NCBI GenBank assembly: GCA_030390025.1
Contig: JASTWF010000345.1
Coordinates: 310,001 to 374,000, forward strand
Direction: 5' to 3'
From: Squalus acanthias
Lineage: Eukaryota
Length of the DNA stretch: 64,000 nt
In this document: piece by piece, positions 49,926 through 62,296 of the stretch
Position numbering within the stretch: position 1 is the first letter of the stretch
How the letters are laid out: every line of letters starts with the position of its first letter
The notes under the pieces: generated by a model
The model's input: the letters and a program-made list of their open reading frames with translations, nothing else
What the model was told of the DNA's origin: nothing
Databases searched by the model: none
Program-made: the position numbers and the translations under genes

Positions 49926-50827
49926 GCTCTGACAGGTTTTGCGACTGTGATGTCTGCAAATGTTCAGAGAATGGAGGAGTCCATCTCCAACATGAGCAAC
50001 ACCATGTCTCAAGCGATGGTGACTGTAGGCTTTTCCATGGAAAGGATGGCCACCTGCATGGAGCAGCTGATACGCCACTCACATGAGCACATGCTATCTG
50101 TGGAGAATAGATGGCAGAGGCTCATAGACCTCCTCTCTAGGAGGGGTGTCAACGTAAACTTGGGTCTTCATGGCTCCACTGCTGTGCAGCAAGGTGCTCT
50201 CCAGCTTCTTGCTAGGGTTGACGGTGAGAGGGTATATGGAAGTGTGGGCTCCTCTCAAAGTGCTCACACTTCTCCCCCATTACCTCCCCCTCAATCAGAC
50301 CCCCACATGCCTCCTGGGATTGCGATGGCTGAGTCTGTCCCTGCACAGTCGCAGGAGGAACTGACTTTGGCAGGGCCATCACAGGCTCCAAGACCCAGAG
50401 GACATCTGCCAAAAGTGTCTATGCAGTCGCAGCAGGGAAGTGAGCAGGCTGCCTCTACCTCTGCTAAAGCCACAGGGGTAGCACCTCGTAGAAGCACACG
50501 TAAGAGAAAGATGATATACAAGTAGATGCACAAGGGTAAGCACTTGGGTGTTTTAATAACTGTTTGTGTTAAGTTTCCGTCACTCTTATGTCATAGATAA
50601 AACTATTTATTTTCACCACTTTCCAGTCATGGCCAATTTTGTCTGCAACTTTGGAAGTGGCTTAGTGAGTTGACGCGAATGGTGAGACATAACGTTACTT
50701 CCAGCAATGGTGGTCAGTGTGAAAGGAATGGCTTGGTCATTGTAGGGATGCTTTATCGTGTTGTTGTGGGGTGGGGGGGGGGAACCTGGCCCAGCATGTG
50801 AGAGCCATATGGGTGTAATGCCTGAAG

Positions 50828-52083
50828 TTAAGTAAATCTGGCCATAATGAGGCCATCCCTGGCCTCCCGGGAAGCAATGTGCTCGGGTGCTGGTGGGATC
50901 TGGACATCAGGTTCGTACTGCTCCTCCTCCTTGTCTTCCAGCTGATGCTCCTCCTCTGAAGAGGCTGTGTGCTCAGAGCCTTGCTCCTTATGGAGTGCTA
51001 ATCCTCGCTGCTGCGCTATGCAGTACAGCGCGCAGCAGACCACAACGATTCTGGAGACCCTGGCTGGTGCATACTGATCTGTCAAGGCATCTGAAGCGCA
51101 TTTTCAGCATGCCTGTTGTCTGCTCTATGATACATCTGGTGGAAATGTGGCTTTCATTATATTTCTCCTCGGCTTCAGTACTTGGCCTCCTCAAGGGTGT
51201 CATGAGCCACATCTTCAGTGGATAGCCCTTGTCTCCAAGCAGCCAGCTGGAAAGTCTGTTTGGAGGTGCGAAGATCGGAGGGAGGGTGGACTGGCGCAGG
51301 ATGAAAGAGTCATTACAGCTGCCAGGGAATTTGGCGCACACATGCATGATGATCTTCCTTTGGTTGCAGACCAGTTGCACATTGAGGGAGTGGAAGCCCT
51401 TGTGGTTCACAAACACTCCTGGGTGATGATGGAGAGCCCTGATGGCCACATGAGTGGAGTCGATGATGCCCAGCACCCGTGGGAAGCCAGCCAGAGTGGC
51501 AAAGCCCAGTGCCCGCTCAGTAACACTGGCGTCATCAGTGGCAAAGTTGATATAATTGGCTGACTTGTGAAACAGGTCATTGGTGACCTGTGTGATGCAT
51601 CTGTGGGCAGCCGACTGTGAGATGCCGTAAATGTCTGCTGCAGATCCCTGGAAGGAGCCTGAGGCAAAGAAGTTGAGGGCACTGATGACTTTGACAGCCA
51701 CTGGTAAAGCGTGTCCACCAGGTCCTCTGGACTGCAGGTCTTGGTTCAGCAAGCTGCAAATGTCTGCAATTACCTGCCGCGATAGCCTGAGCCTCCTTTG
51801 GCACTGCTGCTCAGTCATGTTGGGGAAGCTCATCCGCTGCCTGTTTACCGTTTTGGGGGTATTGCCTCCGGTGTGGTGCATAAGAACATAAGAAATAGGA
51901 GCAGGAGTAGGCCATTCATGCAGCCCTGCGCTGATGCCCTCTGTCCTGTGGACCATCAGGTCGTTGAGAAGAAGGTTGGTGGTGTTGTTGTTGCTGCTGC
52001 TGGTGTGCCTGCTGCTGTTGGTGTTGGGGCTCATCGTGGTCCGATTCTGAGGACCAAAGTGAGACAGTATAAATGGCACCCAT
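50828..52083 (-). pseudogene. Family B Harbinger transposase, largely open frame
   Basis: ORF 50988-52232: [64 protein letters not shown]; frameshift near the 3' end; small CR1-tail insert at about 51878-51916. Confidence 0.9.
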
Positions 52084-55000
52084 GCTGATTTAATAGATTG
52101 CGGGTCAAGTAGAGATGAGAGAAGCAATCTGTCAATGGTGTGATAGGTTGTAGCAATGAGGTGACAGTGGTTTCCGAATTTGCTGAAAACTCTTGCAACC
52201 ACTAGAAACCTAAATCTGTGCTGACAATGCACTCAACAACAGCATCTCCCTTAGGAAAGTAAGCAGGTGTCAGGTGGCAGTATTTATTGTGCTTTCCATG
52301 CTGTGCATTAATGAGCTGCATCAATGGCCACTGAACTTCTGCCTCAGCTTGACAGACGTGGTTCCTGAGCTGCGTGATTCCCGTTGTCATGCAGTGAAAT
52401 TGCACAGGTCTGGTTAAAAAGATGTTTAAGGGTGTTACAATAAGCTAATAATTATCTAAATGGGGTCACCCTCCTCTGCCATTTGGGTCGCTGCCACGCT
52501 GGGAAATGCGCCTGAATTAAAGGCGCGTGGAGGCGAGGTGACGGTGGATCCCCGACCCGCACCGATTTATTTCCACTTTCACTCCTGACCTGCCTCCAAT
52601 CCTGCACGCATGGCAGTGGGAAAATTCTGGCTCATGTTTCCACTTGTGGGGAAGAGCAAAACTAGAAGCCATCATTATAAGATAGTCACCAAGAAATCAA
52701 ATAGGTAATTCAGAAGAAACTTCTTTACCCAGCGAGTGGTGAGAATCTCGCTACCACAGGGAGTGGTTGAGGCTAATAGTATAGATGCATTTAAGGGGAG
52801 GCTAGATAAACATATGGGGGAGCAGGGAATAGAGGGTTATGCTGATAGAGTTAGATGAGGAAAGACAGGAGGAGGCTCGAATGGAGCATAAACGTCGGCG
52901 TGCACTGGTTGGGCCGAATGGCGTGTTTCTGTGCTGTATATTCTATGTAATTCTATGTAAGATGTAGTTTATATGGACTTCCAGAAGGCATTCGATAAGG
53001 TTCAACATAAGAGACTGTTAACTAAAATTAAAGCTCATGAAATTGAAGGCAAATTATTGACCTGGTTAGGAGATTGGTTAGGTGATAGAAGATAGAGAGT
53101 AAGGATAATGAGTATGTACTCAAATTGGAAGGAAGGGACAAGTGGTGTCCCACAAGGATCTGTGCTGGGGCCTCAACTATTCACTATATTTATTAATGAC
53201 TTAGATAACACAATAGAGAGCCATATATCCAAGTTTGCCGATGACACAAAGATTGGTGGCTTATTATGTAGTGTTGAAGGGGGCATAAATTTGCAAAGAG
53301 ACAATGATAGATTAAGTGAGTGGGCAAAAGTGTGACAGATGGATTTCAACGCAGGTAAGTGTGAGGTCATCCATTTTGGACCAAAAAAGGATAGATCCAA
53401 GTATTTTTAAATGGTGAAAAGCTAGGAATAGTGGAGGTCCAAAGAGATTTAGGGGTCCATGTAAATAGATCACTAAAATGTAGTGGTCAGGTACAAAAAA
53501 TAATCTAAAGGCTAATGTAATGTTAGCCTTTATATCTAGAGGGCTAGAATATAAAGGGGAGGAAGTTTTGCTACAGCTATACAAAGTCCTGGTTAAACCA
53601 CATCTGGAGTACTGTGTACAGTTCTGGGCACCGCACCTTCGCAAGGATATAATGGCCTTGGAAGGAGTGCAGCACAAATTCACCAGAATGTTACCAGGGC
53701 TCCAAGGGTTAAATGATGTGGAGAGATTACATAAATTAGGCTTGTATTCCCTGGAATATGGAAAGCTAAAAGGTGATTTGATTCAGGTTTTTAGGATTTT
53801 GCGATTTTGAAAGTAATTGATAAAGTAGATAGAGAGAAAGAAACCTTTTCCTCTGGTGGGGGAGTCTAGGACAAGGGGAAATAACCTTAAATCAGAGCCG
53901 GGCCATTCAAAGGAGAAGTTAGGAAACACTTCTTCATGCAAAGGGTGGTAGAAGTGTGGAACTCTCTCTCACAAAGAGCAGTAGATGCTAGCTCAATTAT
54001 AGCTGTTACAGACAATTATTTACACTCAATCACAAAAAAGGAAAATCTGCTCCTTTCTGTTGTTCAACCTTCCTCTATATTTTGATCAATCCTACAGGGG
54101 GTTGTCTTCCTTTTTCAGTTCTGATGAAGCCAAATTTATCTTTTCTTTTATCAGATGCTATCAGACTGACTGTGTAGTCTCACCATTTTCTGTTTCGTTG
54201 AAAAATTAGTTATCATTCCCTCCATGGTGGGCTAGGTGCAACGAATCAGATTGTGTATGTCAGAGATTAGCTCTCAAATGGCCCTCTCCATCCTTCCCAG
54301 GCTTCTGTCAATCACATTCTGAATATCTTATCAGTGCTCCTTTCTCTCATTTCACAGGTAGCTGCATACCTAGCACTCCCTCTACTGGACCCTCAGGTGA
54401 CCTCCCCATGACCTTCCTGATCTCCCTCCCACCCACCCAAAAGTGAAGTTGCTACATCCACTGTGCTGAGTTACCGCTCCCATACTGGTGATTCATTGAA
54501 TTGTAAAGTAGCTGGTGTCCCTATCTGTGCTGCTGAGTACACAGTCATGGTGGTTGCAAGAGTGACTTTGGTGCAGTAGTTTGCCTCAGTTGGAAGGTCA
54601 AAAGTTTTCTGTTGAGAGAACAGAATGATAGATCGCATTGAAGTACCAGATGTCTGTCACAGCCAAATATATGGCTCATTTCTAGTTCAGCAATTCAGCA
54701 GTTAACATTGTTCATGAAACAAGCAATCAGAAGCAATAGTGTGTTTTCCAACTCTTATTGCAGATTACCTTCCACTTAGCAGTGCACATGACATTTACAA
54801 AAGAACACTTACCAGTTTCATTGTCAGTTACGCCCATATTGTTCCATCACTATCTGCAGGTTAAACAGTTCCATCAGAGCTTTTCTTGGTGTCATATCTT
54901 TTGAGTTCTCCTGGCCCACTATCTGTTTCATGCCTTGTGATTGAAAGTTGGTTAAGGTTTTGGTGTCTTTTTACATATCATGGAAATCTTCCCTGATCGG

Positions 55001-57009
55001 GTACTAGGTTCTACAAGGGGTGGATATGGCTTTTATCCAGTTGGAGATGTCCTCCCAGGCTTATTCTCTAGCATGTGGGTTAGGGGAGGGATTGTACACT
55101 TGAGGCCAATGTTGCTGCTATTGTGGCCAATCGCTCTTTCACATTGATAGGTACTTCAGTGTCAGTGAAACAGCCTCTGCTGGATTTTTCTGAGTCCTGG
55201 ATCTAATTTTATTCAGTGAATCTGAATTGCTGAACAATTTCTTACGGGAGCCAAAATGTTTGTTTCCTGCTGTTTAAGATGGTGAACTGACAATGACTGT
55301 TCCGCACTGATTGGTTTGCTTGCGGAACTTCATAAAGAGGAGCTGCTCTGAGCAAACTGCAGCATTCTCACATGTTTGTAAATTGTTTGTTCTGTACAAC
55401 TGTTTCCCCTGTTATTGATCCCAACAGCCAACACTTGAAATCTCAACCGTTTGTTTTTGTCTTCACTTGTCAAACAATTTTCTCAGATTTCTTCAGAGCC
55501 CAATGGGACAGAGCTGATTTCAGTGCCATCAAAGACTACCATAAAATGTGGTAATTAAAACATCTGGCTCAGTGCTGTAGTGGTTCCAGTGGCTTGTGTC
55601 TGAATTGTGCATTTCTGCTACATACCTTATATTACGTGGCAAAGTTTATCATGGTCCTAAATCATGTATACCAGTGTTTTTCTTCTGATCTGAATGAATC
55701 TTTGTTGTGTGACATGTGTATGTTGGACTTAACATTACATTTTACATGCTTACAGGCACTTGTGCATGGTGGAGATTGTTTTCACCCTATGTGGAAAGAT
55801 GAGAACAATTTAACTAACTTTGTAGAGATTATAAAAATGAAGATCAAAATTTTAATGTATCTAATTTATTCTTTTTCATAACCTGGCTCTTGCAGCCCTC
55901 CAGCCAATAATATGCCTGGACTCTGTTTAAGAGGACGACTGCTTGATAATCGCTAGCCAGTGGCACTCTGTGATTAACCAGCAGGCTGGGATGGGGCAGG
56001 GGGGGGAGGGGGGGGGGGAGTGCGGTGTGGATGGTGGGGGGCGGGTGGGAAGAGGTCTTGCAGCAGAACCTGAAGTGGTACTTGTGCCAATTTCCTCAAC
56101 CACTGCTGTTGTACCAATTGACTAAATGTGAATGAATCAACAGAAACAAAAAGTACAAATGAGGAATAAATAATGAGCAGAATACTGTGCAGTCAGTACC
56201 TCAAGATTTTTTCCACAGCCACTGTTCACTAACTAGCAAGTGCCACAAAACTAACCAGTCCCTCAAATAATTTATACACACTGTCATCAAACATCGTTTT
56301 CCTTCTTCACTTAGGTTAATGTATACAGTTAGAAATAACAAAGCATAATAAATTACACAATTCTGAAAAAATATTAAAGTAAAGTTGGCCATTTAATGTT
56401 AGAAATACATGGAAGAAGTTCCCTGACATGGGCCTGTCCTACTGCCTGGAGCTTCACCTGGAAATTTCACCAGGACTCAAGTGTTGGAGAATTTTCAGCT
56501 GCTGTGGTCAAATTCTGTGCGCACGCTTGTGTGGAATTTGACTTGGGCAGGGGTGGAAAACGGTCGGTAGCAAATTGGCCGCCGTTATATACCCTGCCTG
56601 AATTTCCTTACCATTGACTTCAATGGAAAGAAAAAATCGGGCGGCCGACGCTCGAACGCCTGATTTGCGTCCCTGCCGAAGTTGAATGTCTGGTGTCCCT
56701 GTGAAGTATCATAACTGATGAGGTTTTCACTCTGCTCATGCGGAACTACAATTTCCAGAATGCACCATAACAAAAGACTTAACAATGGCCACCATGTAGA
56801 AAAGCACCAGGGAGTTCCAGCTGCTGTATAAAAATTCTGTGTGACTGAGAACAATGTCATGGGAATTGTATTTTTCACCCTGCTCTTGTGGAACTACAAC
56901 ACCCAGAGTGTACTGTGACAACCAGACAGAACATTTACAAATAACTAACATTAAACATGAGTGGCAGGAACCAAACATCAAAACTAAAAGATTTCATTTT
57001 TTCCAGACA

Positions 57010-57797
57010 ATGCTACATTGGGGAGACCAAAGGCAAATTGGGTGATCGTTTGCTGAACACCTCTCTTCTGTCCACAAGTGCGACCCTGAGCTTCCGGTCG
57101 CTTGACAGTTTAATTGTCTGTTCTAATCCCACTCTGACCTCACTGTCCTTGGCCTCCTACAAAGTTCCAATTAAGCTTAATGCAAGCTCGAGGAACAGCA
57201 CCTCAGTTTACTACTAAGCACTTTACAGTCTTCTGGCCTGAACATTGACTTTAACAACGTCCCATTTTCTTCCCAAACAACTCCCATTTTCTCTCCCACA
57301 GCAGATGCTGGTAATGTACAATAGATGTATGAGAACTACTGGAAATGGAGGAGATGTGGGCTGGTATCTGGGATGGGGATCCACAATTGGTGCGTGGCCA
57401 GTGGGGTGCCGACTAGCCTTTCTACCACCACGTTCCTGGGCAACACAATCCTGCTCCGTTTTGTCAGATTTTCCATGCTTCCCTGCCCCTCTATTCTGCT
57501 CTAACCATTCATGCATTCTCTGGACACATCTTTTGTTTCACTAATTTCTCTCATTATCACCTCCTTTTGCCTTGCACCATCATTATCACTTCTGTCATTT
57601 AATCATCTCCTGCCCTCCACCCAATTTCCTCTTTTCTTCTTTTCCTGCCACGTTTTCCCTGGTTCTGTACCTGCTTAAAAGCTGTAACATCTTCCAGTTC
57701 TGACAAAAGGTCATCAACCTGAAATGTTAACCCTATGGTTCTCTCTCCACAGATGCTCCTGACCTACTGAGTGTTTCCAGCATTTTCTGTTTTTATT
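57010..57797 (+). mobile_element. Penelope-like element fragment (GIY-YIG)
   Basis: CYIGETKGKLGDR (YIG motif), KLEEQHL and a 3' region matching the reverse complement of 33950-34480. Confidence 0.7.
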
Positions 57798-57808
57798 ACA
57801 TTCACCTG

Positions 57809-57901
57809 AGGGTGCTTGTGCACAAATCTTTGATGGTGGCAGGACAGGTTAACAAAGCAGTTAAAGCATACGGGATCCTGGGCTTTATAAATAGAGGCAT
57901 A
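57809..57901 (+). mobile_element. CR1 fragment cut by Harbinger family C
   Basis: GTGCACAAATCTTTG...AAAGCATACGGGATCCTGGGCTTTATAAATAGAGGCATA abuts the TIR. Confidence 0.7.
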
Positions 57902-58185
57902 GGGGGCGATTTTCCCAATGGAGGCGGGTTGGAGGCGGGTTTCAGTTTGGGTGGGTTCCAAACCCGCCTCCACTGAGAGGTGGGAAAAAATTGCGATTTT
58001 CCCCTAAGTGGCCAGTTGATTTCAGAGGTGTGGGTTGCCCTTGGCCAATTAGTGTTTTGGGACTGAAACTCGCCTCTGCTGACATCACTTATCCAGCTTC
58101 ATTTAAGGGCTGCTTGCTGCCTTGGCTCATTCCACTAGATTTTTGTCGATGGTGCAGCACCGCCAAAAAAAATTCTGCTTGAAGA

Positions 58186-60092
58186 ATGGCCAACTCCAAG
58201 GCAAGGGCCTCCCCGAGGTTCTCCGATGAGGCGCTGGGAATTCTGGTTGAGGGGGCGAGAGCAAGCAGGGAGGAGCTCTTCCCCTCATCTGGGAGGAAGA
58301 GGCCTCCCAGAGAAACCAAGGCTGTCTGGGTACAGCTGGCAAGGGAGATCACCTCCAGATCGGTGTGCAGCAGAACATGGATGCAGTGCCGTAAAAGGTA
58401 CAATGACCTTGTAAGATCAGGCAAAGTGAGTATACCTTCAACTTGACCCTCCTTCTGCTCCCCTTCTCCTCTCATCACCAGCACTCTGCATTGTCAACCT
58501 CCTCCTCCACATCCCACTTTACCCTTACAACCCTTGCACCCTTCACCATCCTCTCACTCTATGAACCCAATCACTTCACTATTCGACTATGCTGCCCTCA
58601 CACTCCCTTTCAATGTTATGCAATGACAATGACTAACAATGCACAGGGAGGGCCCTTGGACATGGAACCTCACTCCACCTTTGTCTCCTTCTAAGCATCT
58701 ATGCTCTCGACTCTGTACACTCACTCCATCATTCTCACACCAACTCCACTTGTCTCCCTCACTGCAGGAAAAGAGAGCCCACAATAGAAGGGAAAGGGCG
58801 AAGACAGGAGGAGGGCCACCTTCCCTCGCCATTCTCACCCAGGCTGAAGAGGCGGCCCTGGACATTGTTGGCGCAGAGGTGGAGGTGGATGTGGGGGACG
58901 GACGGACAGACAGGCGAGGCAGAGCAAGCTGGTGACAGAATAGCTATACCTCTCTCTCATTTACACTGCTTGAGTGACTGAAATGGCTGCTGGTGTACAT
59001 TATTAGAATGCCACTTTAGCATCTGCACTATTGCATGTGCATGACACACTTCCGTCAAATGTCTAACCCATGCCTTTATTCCCCCACAGGATCATCCATA
59101 GAGCCCCCCCCCACTGTCGAGGAGGAAGAAGCTGAGCAGCAAGACTCCTCAGGGGAACCTGCAACCTCTGAGGACGCAGCATCAGCAGAATTAAGCTCAC
59201 CCAGCACCAGCACAGATACGCACACCTCGGTGGGACCTTCGGGACATAGATTAGTGTTGTCACCGTGTGTATCACATCTCACAGGTGAGCATCAGCAGGT
59301 GATGGAGCCAGGGACAGCAGTGGAGAGTCCTCGGTGGAGGGCGCAGGACTCTCCTAGCTCTGCTCCACTGCATGTGGACCCTGTGCCTCTGAGTCCATCC
59401 AGAGGAGAGCGATGCTGGAACTCCAGGAGCAGGTGCAGGAGTCTCTGACAGGTCTTGTAAGTGTGGAGAGGATGGAGGAGTCCAACTCTAACATGAGCAG
59501 TGCCGTTGGGGAGGCAATGGCGCATATATGCAGCACCACGGAAAGGATGGCAACCTCCGTGGAAAGGCTGGCTACGGCCATGGAGGCAATAAGTCGTTAG
59601 TGTCAGGAAAACATGGTGATTGTTCAGAAAAGACTGACATCTCTGGAGGAGCGAAGGGCAGCTATTGAACAGAGAAACCAGAGCTTCATGGAAGTCCATT
59701 TGAGTAGGACTGCCAGTGCAGAGACGGGTCCCCATGGCCCCCCTGATGTGCAGCAAGGTGCTCTCAAGCCACTTGGAAGCGCTGAGGTGGACCTGACCCA
59801 TGAGAGGGAGGTTGGTGGCAGACAACAAGGAAGTGGGGGCTCCTTTCCAAGTGCTCACACTTCCATGCCACTGCGTAGCCCTCAGTCAGAGCCCCACCAG
59901 AGTCCGCACCCAACTGAGATGGGCGTCTCAGCCCCTGCACTGCCGCAGGAGGAGCAGACGTTTGGCGAGCCCACAGAGGCTCATAAACCCAGCGACGCCC
60001 GCCAAAGGTGTCGAAGCAGGAGAAGCATGAAAGTGAGCAAGGGGCCTCCACAGGGGGAGCACCACGTAGGAGCACGCGTAAGAGAAAAATAA
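58186..60092 (+). pseudogene. Family C Myb/SANT-like gene (exons 58186-58425, 58768-58931, 59090-60092)
   Basis: RASPRFSDEALGILVEG...WVQLAREIT...RTWMQCRKRYNDLVRSGK|GT; EKRAHNRRERAKTGGGPP; frameshifts and stops downstream. Confidence 0.82.
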
Positions 60093-60360
60093 AGCACCAT
60101 TAGTCACAGGGGTAGCCACTTGGGTGAATGTTTATGTTTATTGACGAAATGCCATCCCTGTTTGAAAGTATAAAAATGATTTGATGGCAAACTGTTGGCG
60201 TGATGGCATCTGTTATTTCGCCTTAGGCAGCTCCACATTGCGGACTCTGCGACACTTGCGTGGTCAGGTTGGTGGCCAGAGTGAAAGGAGGCCAGAGAGT
60301 CATGTCCATTGTCTATCATGTCTTAAGATGGAGCCAAGGACATGTGCCAACATGGGCAAC

Positions 60361-60838
60361 CTATGCAAATCTGGCCAGGATAAGTGCATCCCTTGCATGA
60401 CAGGCAGCCATGTGCTCGCGTGCTGCCGCTGCTGCTGGTCGATAGGCCGGCGCTCGGTCCTCCTCCTCCTCATCTGAGGAGGCTATGAACTGAGCCACTT
60501 GCTCATCAGGAAGCCACAAGCCTCGACGTTGTGCCATGTTGTGCAGTGCACAGCAGACCACGACCATTCTGGAGACCCTGGCTGTTGAATACTGCAGGGC
60601 TCCACTTGATCTGTCAAGGCATCGGAATCGCATCTTCAACAAGCCAATGGTTTGGCTCGATGATGGACCTGGTCGAAATGTGGCTGGCGTTGTAGCTCAC
60701 TTCAGCCTCGTTAGCTGACCTCCTGATCGGCGTCATTAGCCACTTCTTCAGGGGGTAGCCCTTGTCACCAAGGAGCCATCCGTTAAGTTGGTTTGGTGGA
60801 CTGAAGAGCAGAGGATGAAAGAGTCATGGCAACTACCA
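60361..60838 (-). pseudogene. Family C transposase C-terminal half
   Basis: [10 protein letters not shown]...[35 protein letters not shown]...ALILARFA*. Confidence 0.85.
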
Positions 60839-61439
60839 CATAGAATATAAGAGCAGGGAGGTTATGATGGAGCTGTACAAAACGCTAGTTAGGCCACAGC
60901 TGGAATACTGTGTGCAGTTCTGGTCGCCACACTATAGGAAGGATGTGATTGCATTGGAGAGGGTGCAGAGGAGATTCACCAGGATGTTACCTGGGCTGGA
61001 GCGCTTCAGCTATGAAGAGAGACTGGACAGCCTGGGGTTGTTTTCCTTAGAGCAGAGAAGGCTGAGGGGGGACCTGATTGAGGTGTACAAAATTATGAGG
61101 GGCATAGATAGGGTAGATAGAAAGGAACCTTTCCCCTTAGTAGAGGGGTCAATAACCAGGGGGCATAGTTTCAAGGTAAGGGGCAGGAGGTTTAGAGGGG
61201 ATTTGAGGAAAAACTTTTTCACCCAGAGGGTGGTTGGAATCTGGAACTCACTGCCTGAAAGGGTGGTAGAGGCAGGAACCCTCACAACATTCAAGAAGCA
61301 TTTAGATGAGCACTTGAAACGCCATAGCATACAAGGCTACGGACCAAGTGCTGGAAAATGGGATTAGAATAGACAGGGCTTGATGGCCGGCACGGACACG
61401 ATGGGCCGAAGGGCCTATTTCTGTGTTGTATGACTCTAT
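60839..61439 (+). mobile_element. Young CR1 3' fragment (tail continues 62284-62296)
   Basis: Open ORF 60864-61367 LYKTLVRPQLEYCVQFWSPHYRKD...GKWD; (TATGACTC)n tail split by a MITE. Confidence 0.9.
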
Positions 61440-62283
61440 GGGCAGAATTTTCATTGACCCGTGGAGGCGGGTTTGGAGGCGTGTGGGGGGTTAAAATTTC
61501 AGATTCGGGGGTCCCGAACCCATCCCGCCCCCAACCCGCCTCCATGCCAGTTTCACAGGAGGCGGGCACCCGACCTGTGCTGGGACCCGCCTCCCCGAGG
61601 CGGGAAGGGGATTAGTGCCAATAAACTGCCTGTTAACAGGTAGTTAACAGGCAGTTTTTTGCCTAATCCCTATTTTTAGCCCTGAAGTGTGGGCTCTCTG
61701 ACAGGTCCGAACCATGCCGTTTTAGCGAGGCGGACCGTGGGTCTGCAGGGGTTGGAGGGGTCGATATGTCCGGTGGGCTGGTGAGTGATGGGTGCATGTG
61801 TGCAGAGGTAAGTGTGTAAGGTAAGTGTAAAGTGTGGAATATCGTTTTACTTACCTTAACTTCCTCCTGCAGGTGTCAGCTCTTCAGGTCTCGGGAGTCA
61901 GAAATCTCACCGGCACAGAAAGTAGAATGGCCGTTGAGCTGTCAAAAGCTGCAGCCTCTGCTTTTTGTTCTGCAGAGATCTCTAAATCAGCCTGAGAGGA
62001 AGGAATTAACTTAGAGGACAGATTGTCAGTGTTTGACAGCTTCAAGGAGCTGTCAAACACTGATATTTCATCTGTCAAAAGCTCTTGACAGATGAAATGT
62101 CAATCTGTGACGTCACCTGTTGCCGGGTGGCCCTTAATTGGCCTGCTGAGCTCGCTGGGCGGGCTCAACAAGGTCAATCAAGGGAAAATCGAGTGGGTTG
62201 GCCACAAGTCGATGGAGGCGGGACTACAACCCAAAAAGTGGGAGTCCCGCCTCCATCACGTCCCCATTGACAAAATCCAGCCC
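61440..62283. mobile_element. Harbinger-type MITE with T-shaped internal palindrome
   Basis: TIR-like GGGCAGAATTTT / AAAATCCAGCCC; TAT TSD at 61437-61439 and 62284-62286; GGAGGCGGG subterminal repeats. Confidence 0.85.
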
Positions 62284-62296
62284 TATGACTCTATGA

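Larger units (their letters stand above)
45636..52633. mobile_element. Harbinger family B copy 2, full length, with nested insertions
   Basis: TIRs TGGCCGGAATTTT / AAAATTCTGGCTC; Myb gene (+) from 45931 to 50525; transposase (-) 50828-52083. Confidence 0.9.
45462..52960 (+). mobile_element. Second CR1 (45462-45635 joined to 52634-52960), nested in the outer CR1
   Basis: RFTRMTPELQGYTYQERMNRLGL...DRVDRER| continues |MFPLVGKSKTRSHHYKIV; TTCTATGTAA tail. Confidence 0.85.
45290..54000 (+). mobile_element. Outer CR1 (45290-45461 joined to 52961-54000)
   Basis: QHGF...SCLTNLIEF...DRERS| resumes as |DVVYMDFQKAFDKV...SGVPQGSVLGP...KFADDTK...HLEYCVQFWAP. Confidence 0.88.
57902..60838. mobile_element. 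Harbinger family C copy, right end missing
   Basis: Left TIR GGGGGCGATTTTCCCAATGG, GGAGGCGGG subterminal repeats, Myb gene on +, 3' half of the transposase on -. Confidence 0.88.

Noticed and set aside
54808..55540. Possible minus-strand host exon ending at a GTAAGT donor (about 54807-54812)
   Set aside because: Stops in all frames examined and no recognisable domain.
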